Positions 1-13,307 of a stretch of 64,000 nt of DNA are shown piece by piece. This stretch comes from Octopus vulgaris (Eukaryota). Location: positions 139,562,001 through 139,626,000 of the forward strand of contig OX597815.1 of the NCBI GenBank assembly GCA_951406725.2. The letters are read 5' to 3'. How positions within the stretch are numbered: the stretch's first letter is position 1; every line of letters begins with the position of its first letter. The notes below the pieces were generated by a model, which worked only from the letters and a program-made list of their open reading frames with translations, did not search any database and was not told the DNA's origin. A program made the position numbers and the translations under genes.

Positions 1-182
1 AAACTAGAAAAAATACTTCATGGTGACCAAGAAAAACTTCATGGTGACCAGCACCGCACATTTTAAGTAAAAGTATTTTTCTCCCGTGTGTAAATATATA
101 CACATATAAATACACGTTCATATGCACATGAATATACATGCATATATGCTCAAGTAGGAACATACACATTAGCAAATTTCAT

Positions 183-403
183 AAACGTGATAATTCCACT
201 TTTCGATTTACATACAATATCCCCCATGTTATAAGACAATAGGCTGTGATTTCAGGAAATTTTACTGCTAACCCTAGCAGTATAAATGTTAAGAAGTCAT
301 TTGAACTGATAGGGTTAGCAGTAAAGTTTCCTGAAATCACAGTCTATTGTCCTATAACCAGGAGGATATTGTATGTAAATCAAAAGGTGGCATTATCACG
401 TTT
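183..403. repeat. Imperfect long inverted repeat (arms ~183-276 and ~310-403)
   Basis: AAACGTGATAATTCCACTTTTCGATTTACATACAATATCC...GCTAACCCTA is the reverse complement, with few mismatches, of TAGGGTTAGCAG...GGATATTGTATGTAAATCAAAAGGTGGCATTATCACGTTT. Confidence 0.9.
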
Positions 404-849
404 CACATGCCTAATTGTAGCCTTGTCGGCTAAGAGCTGACTTTATGCTAAACAGCATAAGCGAAAATTAATGAAAACTGGTTATTTGCCAACCCAATAC
501 GTTATGTCATGTCAATGTACAGAAATATATTTGCTACAATTTACTAGAAGTGCTAAGAGAGAATGAAGTACAGTAAAGAAGTTGTCTGAGGTTGTTCGTA
601 GATTTTAAAACTTCTGGTAATCATATAGTACGAAGTGTGTAGGAATTTGTCAAAGTCAGTGGTTACCTGGGTTTAGTTCTTTGAAAAGGGAAGTGTGAAA
701 TTCGAACATAATTAGCTCGATAACATAATTAGCTTGATGTGTTCATTAATTAACGGAGATGAGTGTAAACGAATCATTAATATAAACCACACCATTATAT
801 CGTGGAGTTTAAACTTGACTAGGAGAGACGAACTTTATCATTCTCTTAC

Positions 850-883
<34 letters not shown>

Positions 884-1449
884 GTGGCGATGACGGTGGT
901 GAGGATGACGGCGATAATGGTATGAACCCGGAGTCTATGCGATAAATCTATTCATACATTTAGATAAGTGTTATAAATATTTAACTGCATTAGCTTCTGA
1001 CACTATTTAAACTAATAAAAGTGTCTACCATATATAATGTGTTTGCGTGTGTATATGTGTAAGCACCTGTGTAAGAATATGAATATACAAGAACGTATAT
1101 GCGTGTCCTTGTGCGTGAGAGTGTGTGTGTGATTATCCACAATGCAGTATTAGTGGATTGGATATTATCGTGTGCTGAAAATCTAAAAATAATCTATTTG
1201 ACTTCTTTAGTTTTCTTTTTTGTGGTTTTTCATATCCTACTATGTAATCTACATAAAAGCTGTCCTTTAATTTATAGCCATATTGTCCCCTATTCTGTAA
1301 AGATAAATAGTATCCCATACTTTGTGGACATAGCGTCAATCAATTTGCAAATGCAGCTTGCCGTATTTTGTATATATATTAATCAATATTTTTTGGAATA
1401 TTAATCGCATTTTCTTAAAATATGTTCAAAATATGGAATATTGTATATA

Positions 1450-1720
1450 GTCTCCTATATCTTGTAAATACAGTGTCTCAAATTTTGTATACATTTTGTC
1501 CCATATAATGTCCCATAGTTTGCATACATAATATCCTATAATTTATTGACACGGTGTCCCATAATTTGTATGCATAATGTTCTATAGTTTGTATACACAG
1601 CGTCCTATTCTTTGTGGGCCTAAACTGAATCCCATGTTTTTGTATACATAGTATATCATATTTTGTAGACATAATTAGTGTCCCATATTTTGCATATATA
1701 TCGTCCCATATTATAAATAT
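1450..1720. repeat. Degenerate ~23-bp minisatellite (consensus approx. TGTCCCATAnTTTGTATACATAn)
   Basis: About 11 recurrences of GTCCCATA/GTCCTATA followed by TTTGTATAC-like words. Confidence 0.7.
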
Positions 1721-1748
1721 GTGACGATAAATAGCGTCTTATAAATTA

Positions 1749-1950
1749 TACCATTTTCTTGGTATACAAATCGAATTAGTATACGCATATAGTGTAAACA
1801 TTCGAATATCGTTACTGTCTTTCGAAATACTGCTGCATTTCACATAGAAGTTTTCATCATTCAGAATCGTTTTGCTGTATAAGTCGACCTACTTTTTTGG
1901 ATATAAATTTTGGCTTGAAAATTTCGACTTGTATGCCTTAAAATACGGTA
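1749..1950. mobile_element. Small Tc1/mariner-superfamily (pogo/Tc2-like) MITE
   Basis: Ends TACCATTTTCTTGGTATACAAATCGA and TCGACTTGTATGCCTTAAAATACGGTA are imperfect inverted repeats bounded by TA. Confidence 0.55.
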
Positions 1951-2040
1951 TACAAGGTACCATATATATTGTAGAGACAGTATCTAACAGTCTGCCAATT
2001 TTCTGGATGTCATACAAGTTGTGACGTAACCTTTAACATA

Positions 2041-2460
2041 GGCGCAGGCGTAGCTATATGGCAAGAAGCTTGCTTTCCGGCCATATGGTTCCAGTTTCAG
2101 TCCCACTGGGTGGCATCTAGGGCAAGTGTCTATTAAAATAGCATCGAGCAGACCAAAACTTTGTGAGTAGATTTGATAGGCGGAAACTGAAAGAAGCCCG
2201 TCATATATTTATACATATATATGTGTGTGTGTGTGTGTGCGTGTATATCTTTGTGCCTATTTTTATCCACCACCACCGCTTGACAACCGGTGTTGACATA
2301 TTTATGTCCCTGTAAATTAGCGGTTCGGGTAAAGGAACTGACAGAATAAGTGCCAGGCTTTAAAAGCTAAGCACTGGAGTCGATTCATTCGACTTAAAAC
2401 TCTTCGAGGTGGTGCTCCAACATGGTTGCAGTCTAATGACAGAAACAAGTAAAAAATGAA
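2041..2460 (+). mobile_element. tRNA-derived SINE, family A (diverged, internal microsatellite)
   Basis: tRNA-like head GGCGCAGGCGTAGCT...GGTTCCAGTTTCAGTCCCACT, body GGAAACTGAAAGAAGCCCGTC, tail GACAGAAACAAGTAAAA; homologous to 2948-3345 (-). Confidence 0.85.
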
Positions 2461-2947
2461 AAATAAAAGACGAAAGATAACTCAACGCTGGTACATTCTG
2501 AATGTTTTAAATACGAAATAGTTATTGGTTATATTAATTGGGATACATTATTATCGTCGTTACTGTTGTTGTTTAATCCTATCCGAGGCCAGCCTTTGCC
2601 CTTCAGATTTATAATCAATAATTTTCCAACTTGATCGCTTGTCTTTTATTTATTTAGAATGTATCTACTGCTTTTAATAAGACGGTTGAATGTGATTTAA
2701 AGTATTTGTGGCTGTTATTTCAACAAATCATTTTTTATTCCTATTTATCACCTCAGATCAGCACTGATCGGGTAGGCCTATAATATTAGGTATTCTAACT
2801 GGAACCATCCAATTTTTTTTTTTTACCCACATTGTAATTAAGGCTACATTATCTAAAGTAGCTTCCCTTTTTAACAGGTTAGAGTGCTATTTAAAAGTGA
2901 ATTGGCTGGTGACTACTTCTCTTATCAAGCGGTGTCCGGATATATAC

Positions 2948-3382
2948 TCTTTTACTTGTTTCTGTCATTTGACTGCGGCCATGCTGGAGCACCGCCTTTA
3001 GTCGAGCAACTCGACCCCGGGACTTATTCTTTTTGTAAGCCCAGTACTTATTCTATCGGTCTCTTTTGCCGAACCGCTATGTGACGGGGACGTAAACACA
3101 CCAGCATCGGTTGTCAAGCAATGCTAGGGAACAAACACAGACACACAAACACAAACACATACATATATATATACATATATACGACAGGCTTCTTTCAGTT
3201 TCCGTCTACCAAATCCACTCACAAGGCTTTGGTCGGCCCGAGGCTATAACAGAAGACACTTGCCCAAGATGCCACGCAGTGGGACTGAACCCGGAACCAT
3301 GTGGTTGGTTAGCAAGCTACTTACCACACAGCCACTCCTGCGCCACTCCTGCGGCACTCCTGCGCCACTCCTGCGCCACTCC
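2948..3382 (-). mobile_element. tRNA-derived SINE, family A, with the 5'-terminal 11-mer tandemly repeated
   Basis: Reverse complement of the 2041-2460 family; CCACTCCTGCG-like unit repeated ~4-5 times at 3331-3382. Confidence 0.9.
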
Positions 3383-4233
3383 TATATGTATAAAGCGAAG
3401 GACAGTATAATCTACAAAATCACTTCATTTTCAGATTGTTATTGTAAAGCTTCAACTTCAATGAATTTGGTCTTTGTCATTTGACAAACAAACGAAGGAT
3501 CTGAGCGAAGCACTTATTGATCTTCAAATAGTTTCCTAGATTTGACGAAATCTTTGAGTTTTTGTAAGGTTTTACTACATCAATCAAGAACTGTTAACAA
3601 GTACCAATGCAATGCGCTACGACACTTTACAGGTAAATGTGTCTTCAAAATGCCAATTTTTCAGGTTTTACAGTACGAAATTAATTTTCAATTCTCGTTA
3701 GATTTAACGAGTTGATCTACGCTTTTTACTCAATTATTCTCTCTAGAACAATTTTATCGCTTTTATAATGAGAATTCATTTGGTTTTGGTACTGAAGTGT
3801 ATATGAATTGTCTGGTTTGTTTATGATGGGTGGGAATGTGGTAGTTATTATTTCTTTTTTTTCACCGATTTCATAAATAGTTTTGTCTAGCAGTCTCTTT
3901 GTGTACTTAATATTGATTAAGTTTTGTTTACGCGAGAGGCTTTCTTTTAGTATGGTAAACCAGCGTCATATTAGAATTGAATATAATTTGCACACTTATT
4001 GGTACGATAAATAGGAAATTCCACTAGCTGAAAACACTTGGTGAACTGTTTTAAAAATTAGAATATAGACATTCTCAACACCTTACATACATACGTATAT
4101 ACGAAAATACACATATACATACACCTCTATCTATCTATCTATCTATATATATATATATATATATATATCTACCTCAGTGTGTCTCTCTTCATACACACAT
4201 GCGTGTACACACACATACACAGATGCAAACACA

Positions 4234-4314
<81 letters not shown>

Positions 4315-4621
4315 ATATATATATATATATATATATACATACATATACATATAGACAATATAATATAGTACATGTATATGTACATATCCACACACATATA
4401 TATATATAAACATATTTATATGCATCATTATACATATATATGCATATTTATATATGTGTGTATGTGTACACACATATATACATACATATATATGTGTGTG
4501 TGTGTACATGAGGCTGTTACTAAGTGTATTCATATGTTGATAATTTATTTTTATATGCATTGTCGCTTACTAAATAAAGATAAAATGGAAACCTAACGTT
4601 GCCATGCAGAAAAAAATCATC

Positions 4622-4810
4622 TTTTATCTTTTCCTGGTTTCAGACATTGGGTAGCGGTCATGCTGGGGTATCTCCTTGAAGGGAATTTTAGTTGAACAAA
4701 TCGACATCAGTACTTATCTTTTAAATTCTGATACTTATCCATCGCTTACTTTTGCCCGGCCACTAAGTTACAGCGATGTAAACGGTTGTCAAACGGTGGG
4801 GAAAGAAGCA
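4622..4810 (-). mobile_element. SINE family A, 3' fragment
   Basis: Similar to 2950-3130 (CATGCTGGGG...TAGTTGAACAAATCGAC...CGGTTGTCAA). Confidence 0.7.
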
Positions 4811-4881
4811 CACATACACACCTACACACATACCCATATATACATGCGCACAGACATGTATACGACGTATCTATCTGTATG

Positions 4882-4925
<44 letters not shown>

Positions 4926-4944
4926 ACTATATATATATATATAT

Positions 4945-5370
4945 ATTAGAAATATTAAATTTCTAAATCTCTCATAGAGATATGTACGGTGGTGGGGCGA
5001 TAGAATGGTTGTATACTGTCAATCTAACGTGAACGTGACAGTAGGGGGTTTACATCACCGCTATTTAGCCCTAGGAAGCATCGACACTTCCTGATGGCTT
5101 TGACACATTATTCCTGTGTCCTTTTATACATTTACGAAGGGGAGACAAACACCCCCAGCAGCCAGGCCTGCATCTAGAGACACGCATGTTTCAGGATCTT
5201 TGTCCTTCATCGGTCTAGAGTAGCAGACGGCCGTCAGCCGCGAATATCTGTCCCGATCTGCAAATGTATATATCTAATTTTCAGTGAAGTTTATTCACTG
5301 ATTACCAAAATTAGAAATATTAAATTTCTAAATCTCTCATAGAGATATGTACGGTGGTGGGGCGACAGAA
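4945..5370 (-). mobile_element. Retrozyme-like HHR element, 365-nt unit plus 61-nt terminal direct repeat
   Basis: 4945-5005 is repeated at 5310-5370 with 1 mismatch; internal HHR at 5173-5219; homologous to 23273-23741 and 52568-53003. Confidence 0.7.
5173..5219 (-). ncRNA. Type I hammerhead ribozyme motif (U4C core variant)
   Basis: Minus strand UCUAGA-CCGAUGA-A-GGA(caaaga)UCC-U-GAA-ACA(ugcg)UGU-C-UCUAGA: all three stems pair and the cleavage triplet is GUC. Confidence 0.75.
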
Positions 5371-5374
5371 CAAA

Positions 5375-6637
5375 TATCAGTTCTGTCTTTTTTAAAATTG
5401 AATGAAATTTAATAGTATTTTAGAATGTCTAATGGAATTTAAAATTATTGTTAAGCATTTGTGTACATTTAAACTAATTAAATATTATTTTACAGAATAA
5501 TAAAATTAAAATGTCTTTGATTAAACCCATTCTAACATGTAAGTATCCAAAGAGCATTTGAGGCACATAATGCTTTATGAGTACAAAAAAGGAAACTCTG
5601 CAGCCGAAGCGACTCAGAACATACACTCCGTTTATGGGAAAGAATACTTGAATGAAAAAACTTGCAGAAGATGGTTTGCAAAATTCAGAAGTGGAGATTT
5701 CAGACTTGAAGATGATGATCGATCAGGATGTCCAGTTGAGTTTGATGATAAGCTCCTTGAGGCATTACTTGAAAATCCTGCATTATCAGTTGAAGAATTG
5801 ACAATAAAGCTTCGTTCAAACCATACAACTGTTTATCGTCATCTTCAACAACTTGGAAAGGTTCCTAAACTTGGAAAATGAGTGCCTCATGAATTGTCTG
5901 AAATCAACCGCAAATTTCGAGTTGGCATCTGCTCTTCTCTCAGTTCTCGCGAACTCATTTCACCCTTTTTGGATAGACTCGTGACTAGTGACGAAAAATG
6001 GATCTTCTATCGAAATGTTAAACGTCGTAAACAGTGGCTTGGTAAAAGGGAAAAAGCTCAACCACAACCGAGAAGGGAACTTCATGGGAAAAAGGTTTTT
6101 CTCTCTATCTGGTGGGATTGCAAAGGAGTAATTCACTTTGGATTGTTACCATCTAATGCAACAATCAATGCTCAAGTCTACTGTCAGTAATTAAAGCGTT
6201 TTAACCAAGCTTTGAAGAAAAAAAAGACCCGCTTTAGTTAATCGAAAAGGAGTGATGTTTCATTAGGATAATGCGTGACCCCACGCTGCAAAGATCACAT
6301 CACAGAAGATGGAAGGGCTTGGTTGGGAAAAAATTGCTCATCCACCTTATTTTCCCGACCTTGCTCCTTCAGACTTCCATTTGTTTCGTAGTTTACAGAA
6401 TCATTTGGGAGACATAACTTTCGCAAGCCAGGAGGAGGTCGAAACTGACATTTCAGAGTTCTTCGCTTTGAAACCAAAATAGTTTTACATTGATGGGATC
6501 TAAAAGCTTGTAAGTAGATGGAAGGAAGTCATAGATAATCAGTGAAAGTACATTGATGATTAAATTTCAATTAAATATAACATTTGATCACTTTTCTTTA
6601 TTCAAAATATGGACAGAACTTATGGGATGACCTGATA
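5375..6637 (+). mobile_element. mariner (DD34D) transposon, decayed; left TIR internally deleted
   Basis: Right TIR GGACAGAACTTATGGGATGACCTGA+TA; left end TATCAG/TTCTGTC lacks the middle of the TIR; transposase remnants inside. Confidence 0.92.
5537..6563 (+). pseudogene. mariner transposase pseudogene
   Basis: HTH (RHIMLYEYKKG...RRWFAKFRSG), (W)VPHEL, SDEKW, DNA*PH and SPDLAPSDFHLF motifs with several stops and a frameshift. Confidence 0.92.
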
Positions 6638-6974
6638 GTTTATAGGGAGGGAAGAGAAACCATAAATCATAGATTTCTGTCACATGAAGCAGTAAGTCGA
6701 GCTGTTGAGTTATGCTGAAACCAAAGACTCCTTGTATGTTCAAGGGCAATCATATGAACGGGAAATGTAAAAGCCCTGCAAGGGCCGAGTGATTAAATTA
6801 AACGGGTTGTCATTTTAGATCTAACTGAACCAGGGGATTCTTTCTCTGTGCCTTTTACATGTCTGATATATTCTCACACACACATACATACGCGCACACA
6901 CGCGCTCGCATACGCATTCACATACGCACACAATCACACATACATGTCTTTTCTGCTGGTGCAATATATCAAGG

Positions 6975-7260
6975 TATAAAACTGATGTCTAATGTGCCTG
7001 AAGGTTTGATGTCACCTTCACAATTTTTTTCTAATAGTCAAGAATTCACTTGCCGCGACCTTTAGCAACGCCTACTTATATACAGTTGACACTACCCTTC
7101 ATTCATCCGCAAAACAACATCCTTCACTCAAGTGACGCTTACATGCAATCTTCATGTCTCACCACAAACATATTGCGGCTTCACGAACTAAGACCTCAAT
7201 AACATCCTCGAAGGGTGTCCTTGTAATACTGCTACCTTGATAAGGTGCCAGTACATAAAT
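6975..7260 (+). mobile_element. Highly decayed CR1/Jockey-like reverse transcriptase remnant
   Basis: NVPEGLMSPSQFF resembles GVPQGSVLSPTLF, and YTVDTTLHSS resembles YADDTTLHSS, in the expected order. Confidence 0.35.
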
Positions 7261-8210
7261 ATATAGCAACAAGTGAACTAAAGAAAGACTCTCTCTGCTT
7301 TCCTTGTGGTTCAGATATAAATCTCAATCAAATGTCTCTCAAATAATTCTCGTTGATTTGAATGTATAGGATAATGTAACCTTAAAAAAGACACTAGTAA
7401 TTACTGCTATAATGTCTTTGATTATCTGTCTGTGAAATTGAGTTTACTCTAGATTTGAATGACAATAACGAATGTGAGAAGTTATATCGTGATAATCACT
7501 GATGTATTCTTCTGATAAGAAATTCGTTCCTTTCATTATTTTCCAATTGATAGTTACATTGAGGATACTATCATCCTAGCAAATCCGTGTTACTTAAATT
7601 GAAATATTGTCTGAGTATGCGATATAGCTCGGAAACACCACACAAATACCGGAAACGTCTGCATGGAGTTGTCGGGGTCTTTGATTCTGTTTCTAGAGAT
7701 GAACTTGGAATAATTCTATCCAAAACCCCCAGAACGAGCATGTATGGATATGCTCATTGGAGTTAGCCAAGCTGTTTTACAACTGTCTCGTAATTTTAGG
7801 TGGGAAACTTCCAATCGAGCCACATTCAATGTGATAAGTGCCAATGGAGTTCTTTTTCTTCACTAAATAAATTATCGATTTTCTACCTTCTCTATACTGA
7901 TAATGATATTCTTAACATGTAAGGTGTTTAAGTTGCGTGTGCCATCCACATGCAGCTTAATCACCTTACGTCAGACTTAGTTTTCATAACTAATTACTTC
8001 GACAGCATTCTTTAATGAATATGTAGTATCCTAACTTTTGACAACAGAATGTCTAAATTACTTCAGATGTAGAGGAAACAGAAATTGTTATTAGCTTCTC
8101 CAATCAACCAAACGAAAACTAGGAATGTTGTCATAAATGCTACTCCTCAAATTCTTTGATGAGCCTTTATGGTGGTCACCATGAAAGTTCGTCATTATAT
8201 AGTTTAGTAA

Positions 8211-8413
8211 TACGAGGGGGTATTGAAAAGTTCCTCACTTTAAGGGTATCGTGAAAGGCCTGGTTGGAGGCCCAAGATTCCTAGTTGTTTTACAAGGCTT
8301 AGAAAGCCCAGAGGAGCGCTGCAACAAGTGTGTGAATCTGTGAGGGATCATAATTAACTGATCCTACTATATTTCCTTTTACCCCAAACCAAGAACTTTT
8401 CAGCATCCTGGTA
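8211..8413. mobile_element. mariner-derived MITE (~200 bp)
   Basis: TIRs TACGAGGGGGTATTGAAAAGTTC / GAACTTTTCAGCATCCTGGTA; homologous to 12696-12911. Confidence 0.8.
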
Positions 8414-9205
8414 TATAACTTTACTAAAAATCACATCGCCGAGGCGAGAATTCCATTTTAAAACCAAGAAAAACTTCAGTCATGTTTAGTGGTTCAAATA
8501 AAAAGTTACATTACAATATTGCTTTCATGTATGGAATATTGATGCTGCTGCACACGCAACCATCAGAAAATCCAACCAAAAGAGAACTATTCCACTGACT
8601 CGCAGCGATAATTTAATCAATTTAATCACAAACATGTTGCTGGAAACATTGCTTAGCAATCATTAGTCAAGTAATGTTTTACAAGAAGTTTCTGCCCAAT
8701 TCTTATGACGCATGCAGACTTGATCCATGCACAAATTTGATCCAGACGTGTAGTGATTTGTAGATGTTGCCAAAAGGACTGATGTGAGACTCAATGGCTG
8801 TATGAATCGATGTTAAACCTCCGCCGCCTTGCTTTCGTTTAAATTAGGGGCGGTCTTTATAACATTCGACGTAGATATTTTTGGTGTGAGTTGATAATTT
8901 TTAGGGTTTTGACATCAGGATCCCATGCGGGGTCAAATCGAATAATTTAAAAATTGATCGAGTGATCCAAATATACTTGAACAGAAAATGGGCTGTGAGC
9001 TATTAATTTATTGTAAACGAAAAATTCTAAGGATTATATAATGCGGTTATTTTTTATATAATCGTCAATGGTTACAAGATCCTTTTTTTTTTTATAGGCT
9101 CTATACCAGAATATATTTTCATTCACTCGTAATTACCAGTAACATCGATAGGATATATCCAGCGAGAACGTTTGAAGAGCTGATCCGTGCTTAAATAACA
9201 ACTTA

Positions 9206-9351
9206 ATGATGATGAGGAGGACAAGGAAGAAGTGAAGGAGTCAAGGAGGAGGAGGAGGGGATACGACAATGACGAAGACCTAGATGATGATGATGATGAT
9301 GATGACGTTGATGACGACGACGATGATGATGATGATGACGTTGATGACGAC

Positions 9352-9398
<47 letters not shown>

Positions 9399-9431
9399 CG
9401 AGGTTGATGATGATGATGATGATGATGATGA
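9206..9431. repeat. (GAT/GAC)n microsatellite with GAG-rich leader
   Basis: Direct inspection; explains the poly-D and poly-M ORFs. Confidence 0.95.
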
Positions 9432-10094
9432 AATTATATGCAGAACGATATCGAATTGTGAAAAATCTTGTCAGTGCTTGAAAATGCTATTAGTGTTGCT
9501 GTAATAGAGGGCAATGAGAATCACGATGAATATCAATGGTAAGCATATAAACCTATTGAAAGTACGTTGTTAACTGTTTAGTATTTATAGTTTTCCATAG
9601 TAAAAGGGTTTTGTGTGCAGAGTCGGATTGTTAATATGTAACAGCAGCATAAACTGGTCGTTTTTTGTGATATTTAATATTACTGCCAGTCATCGCTAAT
9701 GCTGTTATTTTCCTAGACACTTAATTAAAGTCAGCTTCCTTGCTTTAGTATAAATATATACCAGACGTACATGAATTGAACATCTGTCATATTAACAGAT
9801 CTGTTTAATGGTTTTGTTTGAAATATACAGAAACATTAATAGTCCTGCCACTTTATACAAATACATCCCTCTCTCTCTCTCTCTCTCTCTCTTCCTCTCT
9901 CTCACACACATACACACACACGCACACACACACATACGCTCAAACACCAGCATACACACGCGATGCACGTGCAAGCATACATAAATGTCTATGTAAAAAT
10001 TAAAAGGGCCATAATTCTTTGAATGTCTAAACCGTAGCCATTCCAAAACAAAACCGACAATTTATATACTTCATATTATTTATATTCTGTTTAA

Positions 10095-10095
<1 letters not shown>

Positions 10096-10166
<71 letters not shown>

Positions 10167-10228
10167 CATTATTATTATAATTATTAATATTATTATTATT
10201 ATTATCATCATCATCATCATCATCATCG

Positions 10229-10292
<64 letters not shown>
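10096..10292. repeat. (ATT)n/(ATC)n microsatellite
   Basis: Direct inspection. Confidence 0.95.
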
Positions 10293-10535
10293 CTTTATAT
10301 GATTTGTCTTCGTTTTGTTTTTGCTTGTTTTTCTTTTTTTTTTTGTATGTTGAGAGCGCGCGCTTCTGGTTTACTAAGTTTGTAGCTTGCAGATATAGCC
10401 ATATAAGACGAAGAAATTTGCTTCCTAATTATGTGTTCGCGAGTTCCCTCTCACTGCATCGGCTACAATAACCTAGCTTCACCAAGAACTTGAAATTTTG
10501 AAAAATTTTGAAACTGTGGAGGAGCAGTCTAGTGA

Positions 10536-10633
10536 GTATGTATGTACGTATGTATGCATGTATGTATGTATGTATGTATGTATGTATGTATGTATGTATG
10601 TATGTATATATGTATGTATGTATGTATGTATGA

Positions 10634-10665
<32 letters not shown>

Positions 10666-11063
10666 CATTATTCAGTTTTATTTCAAGATTTCTAACCTAG
10701 ATCCAAGACCTCTTCGTTGGGATTACAGCATGGTATGTATGTATGTATGTATGTATGTATGTATGTATGTATGTATGTATGTATGTATGTATGTATGTAT
10801 GTGTGTGTGTGTATGTATGTATGGATGGATGGATGGATGGATGGATGGATGGATGGATGGATGGATGGATTGATGGATGGATGTATGTATGTATTTATGT
10901 ATTTATGTATGTATGTATTTATGTATGTATGTATATATGTATGTATGTATGTATGTATTTATGTATGTATGTATGTATGTATGTATGTATGTATGTATGT
11001 ATGTATGTATGTATGTATGTATGTATGTATGTATGTATGTATGTATGTATGTATGTATGTATG
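10536..11063. repeat. (TATG)n/(TGGA)n microsatellite array with a short unique insert at ~10666-10732
   Basis: Direct inspection. Confidence 0.95.
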
Positions 11064-11105
11064 TGCAGATTTGTACGTTCTGTTTTATGTATGTCTTCTC
11101 ATGCC

Positions 11106-11296
11106 TATCTCTTGCATATCTAGACATGCATGATCAACTTCTGGAAAGATTTACAGACTTTTACAGTTCCAATGATGGCTTGAATCAACCTTCTCTTTCT
11201 GATTTTGAGAAGGTTGATTCAAGCCATCATTGGAACTGTAAAAGTCTGTAAATCTTTCCAGAAGTTGATCATGCATGTCTAGATATGCAAGAGATA
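11106..11296. repeat. Perfect 90-bp inverted repeat with an 11-nt spacer
   Basis: 11106-11195 (TATCTCTTGC...CAACCTTCTC) is the exact reverse complement of 11207-11296. Confidence 0.95.
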
Positions 11297-11411
11297 TGCG
11301 CTACCCGGAAATGTAAGTATGTTAAGATAAATTTATAAGATAAATTTTAACGTATTCTAACGTGTTGGAACATGAACGACTAAAAATTGACATAAACTTT
11401 CTGGACAACCC

Positions 11412-11493
<82 letters not shown>

Positions 11494-11501
11494 TGTGTGT
11501 G

Positions 11502-12556
11502 CATCTCTTCTGTTTTTTTAATTATTATAAACATTCCACTGAGGAGGGAGCCGGTTTCCAACAAAGATACAAGGTTACATCTTTGAGATATAGTTAACAC
11601 AGACAAATTCACGTTTGGAACTTGAGAAAAGTCTTGCATATTTTTACTATTCTACTCACAGACTGGGCTTGTAATATAAGAATCAGCCAGTCAATTTCTC
11701 TTTCTGAAAATCCCAATTTATCCAGATTTTCCTTTAAGCATTTACTAACAAAACCTAGTGCTCCAATTATTATTAGTATGAATATGAATTCATAGTCTGG
11801 ATATAGAAGCTGGAGGTTTCGAAGCAGTTGTCCATAGATATCCTCTTTTTTCATTTACAAAGAGATACTGATATCTGCAGGGCAGCTAACCTCTATGATG
11901 GTACATGCGTTTGGCCCTTTGTCCCAAACAACAGTATCCAGCCCGTTATGCTTACATATGACAGAAATTTTGATGGGGATATTCCACCTGTAATCCTTGA
12001 GTTGGTGTTTATGAATGTATTCCATAACACAGGGATTTTCTAAGTTTATTTCAGGACAGTCTTTTTTGCGGATGGCATTGTAAATTGTTTTAGCAACAAC
12101 ATCGTGCTGCTTAGGGAGGTAGTACCGTGACAGCTGCTAATCACAGAAATATGACATAGCCTACACATGCGATTGCGCCTTGGGGTTACAAGAGCGTCAC
12201 TGTCTCTCTTGTTCACTAAGTACTTTGTGGCAATTTCCTGTTCCTGTGTTGCAAACGCATAGCCTTCAAAGTGTAGTGTGTTGTGGTGGTCTTGTGTCCA
12301 AGAGAGGCTGCGCTTCGTGTCAATTCTACTGTCTTCTTCAAGCTTCTGGGCTTTTTCCTTTTTTTTTTTTGTATGCTGAGTGCTTTCCATCCAGGTCTTC
12401 TCTGAAGTAAGAGAAGGCTGTTTTGGGGGTGTATAGGAGATCATCAGGAAGAAAGTGTTTCTTGAGGAGTTTACTGCCAACTCGTACAATGTTGCTCACT
12501 TCACTTTTCAGGACTGCATTAATATATTTTGTTTTTGCTGCTGTTGTTTAGCAGGT
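11502..12556 (-). mobile_element. 5'-truncated R4/Dong-like (RLE-endonuclease) non-LTR retrotransposon, decayed
   Basis: Minus-strand peptides FATQEQEIATKY, CRLC zinc knuckle, HNGLDTVVWD...IIEVSCPAD (PD..E RLE motif) and IIIGALGFVSKCLKENLDKLG...KICKTFLKF. Confidence 0.85.
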
Positions 12557-12695
12557 GTATGTATGTATGTATGTATGTATGTATGTATGTATGTATGTAT
12601 GTATGTATGTATGTATGTATGTATGTATGTATGTATGTATGTATGTATGTATGTATGTATGTATGTATGTATGTATGTATGCATGTATGTATGTA

Positions 12696-12911
12696 TACGA
12701 AGGGGTGCTGAAAGTTCCCGGTGTTAAGGGTGTCGCGAAAGGTCTGGGTGGAGGCCCAGCCTTCCGAGTTCTTTTACGGGGCTTAAAAACTGAAGAACCG
12801 CTGGAATAAGTGTATGAATCTGTGAGGGGAATGTTGAATAAAACCATAATTAACTGATTCTCCTGTATTTTCTTTTACTCAAAGCCAGGAACTTTTCAGC
12901 ACACCTTCATA
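12696..12911. mobile_element. mariner-derived MITE (same family as 8211-8413)
   Basis: TIRs TACGAAGGGGTGCTGAAAGTTCC / GGAACTTTTCAGCACACCTTCATA. Confidence 0.85.
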
Positions 12912-13307
12912 TATATGTATACGTATGTGAATATGCATGTGTGTCAGTATGTATGTATGTATGTAAGTATGTATGTACGTATGCATGTATGTATGTATGT
13001 ATGTATGTATGTATGTATGTATGTATGTATGTATGTATGTAGGTAGGTAGGTAGGTAGGTAGGTAGGTAGGTAGGTAGGTAACCAGGTAGGTAGGTATGT
13101 GCGGCTGATGTATTGTGTGGGTATATTGACTGGCGGATAGCAGAATCGGTAGAGCGTTGCTCACAAAATCTTGAGGTATTTGGTTAGCTCCGTTTACATT
13201 CTGAACTTTCATCCCTACAATCTCACCCCCTCTCACTCTGTCTGCTTCTCTCTCTTGCTCTCTCTCTCTTTCTCTCCCTCTCTGTTAATGATATTATATG
13301 CTATTAA

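Noticed and set aside
1450-1720. Regularly spaced short repeats considered as a CRISPR-like array
   Set aside because: Units are contiguous and degenerate with no unique spacers, the context is eukaryotic, and there are no cas genes.
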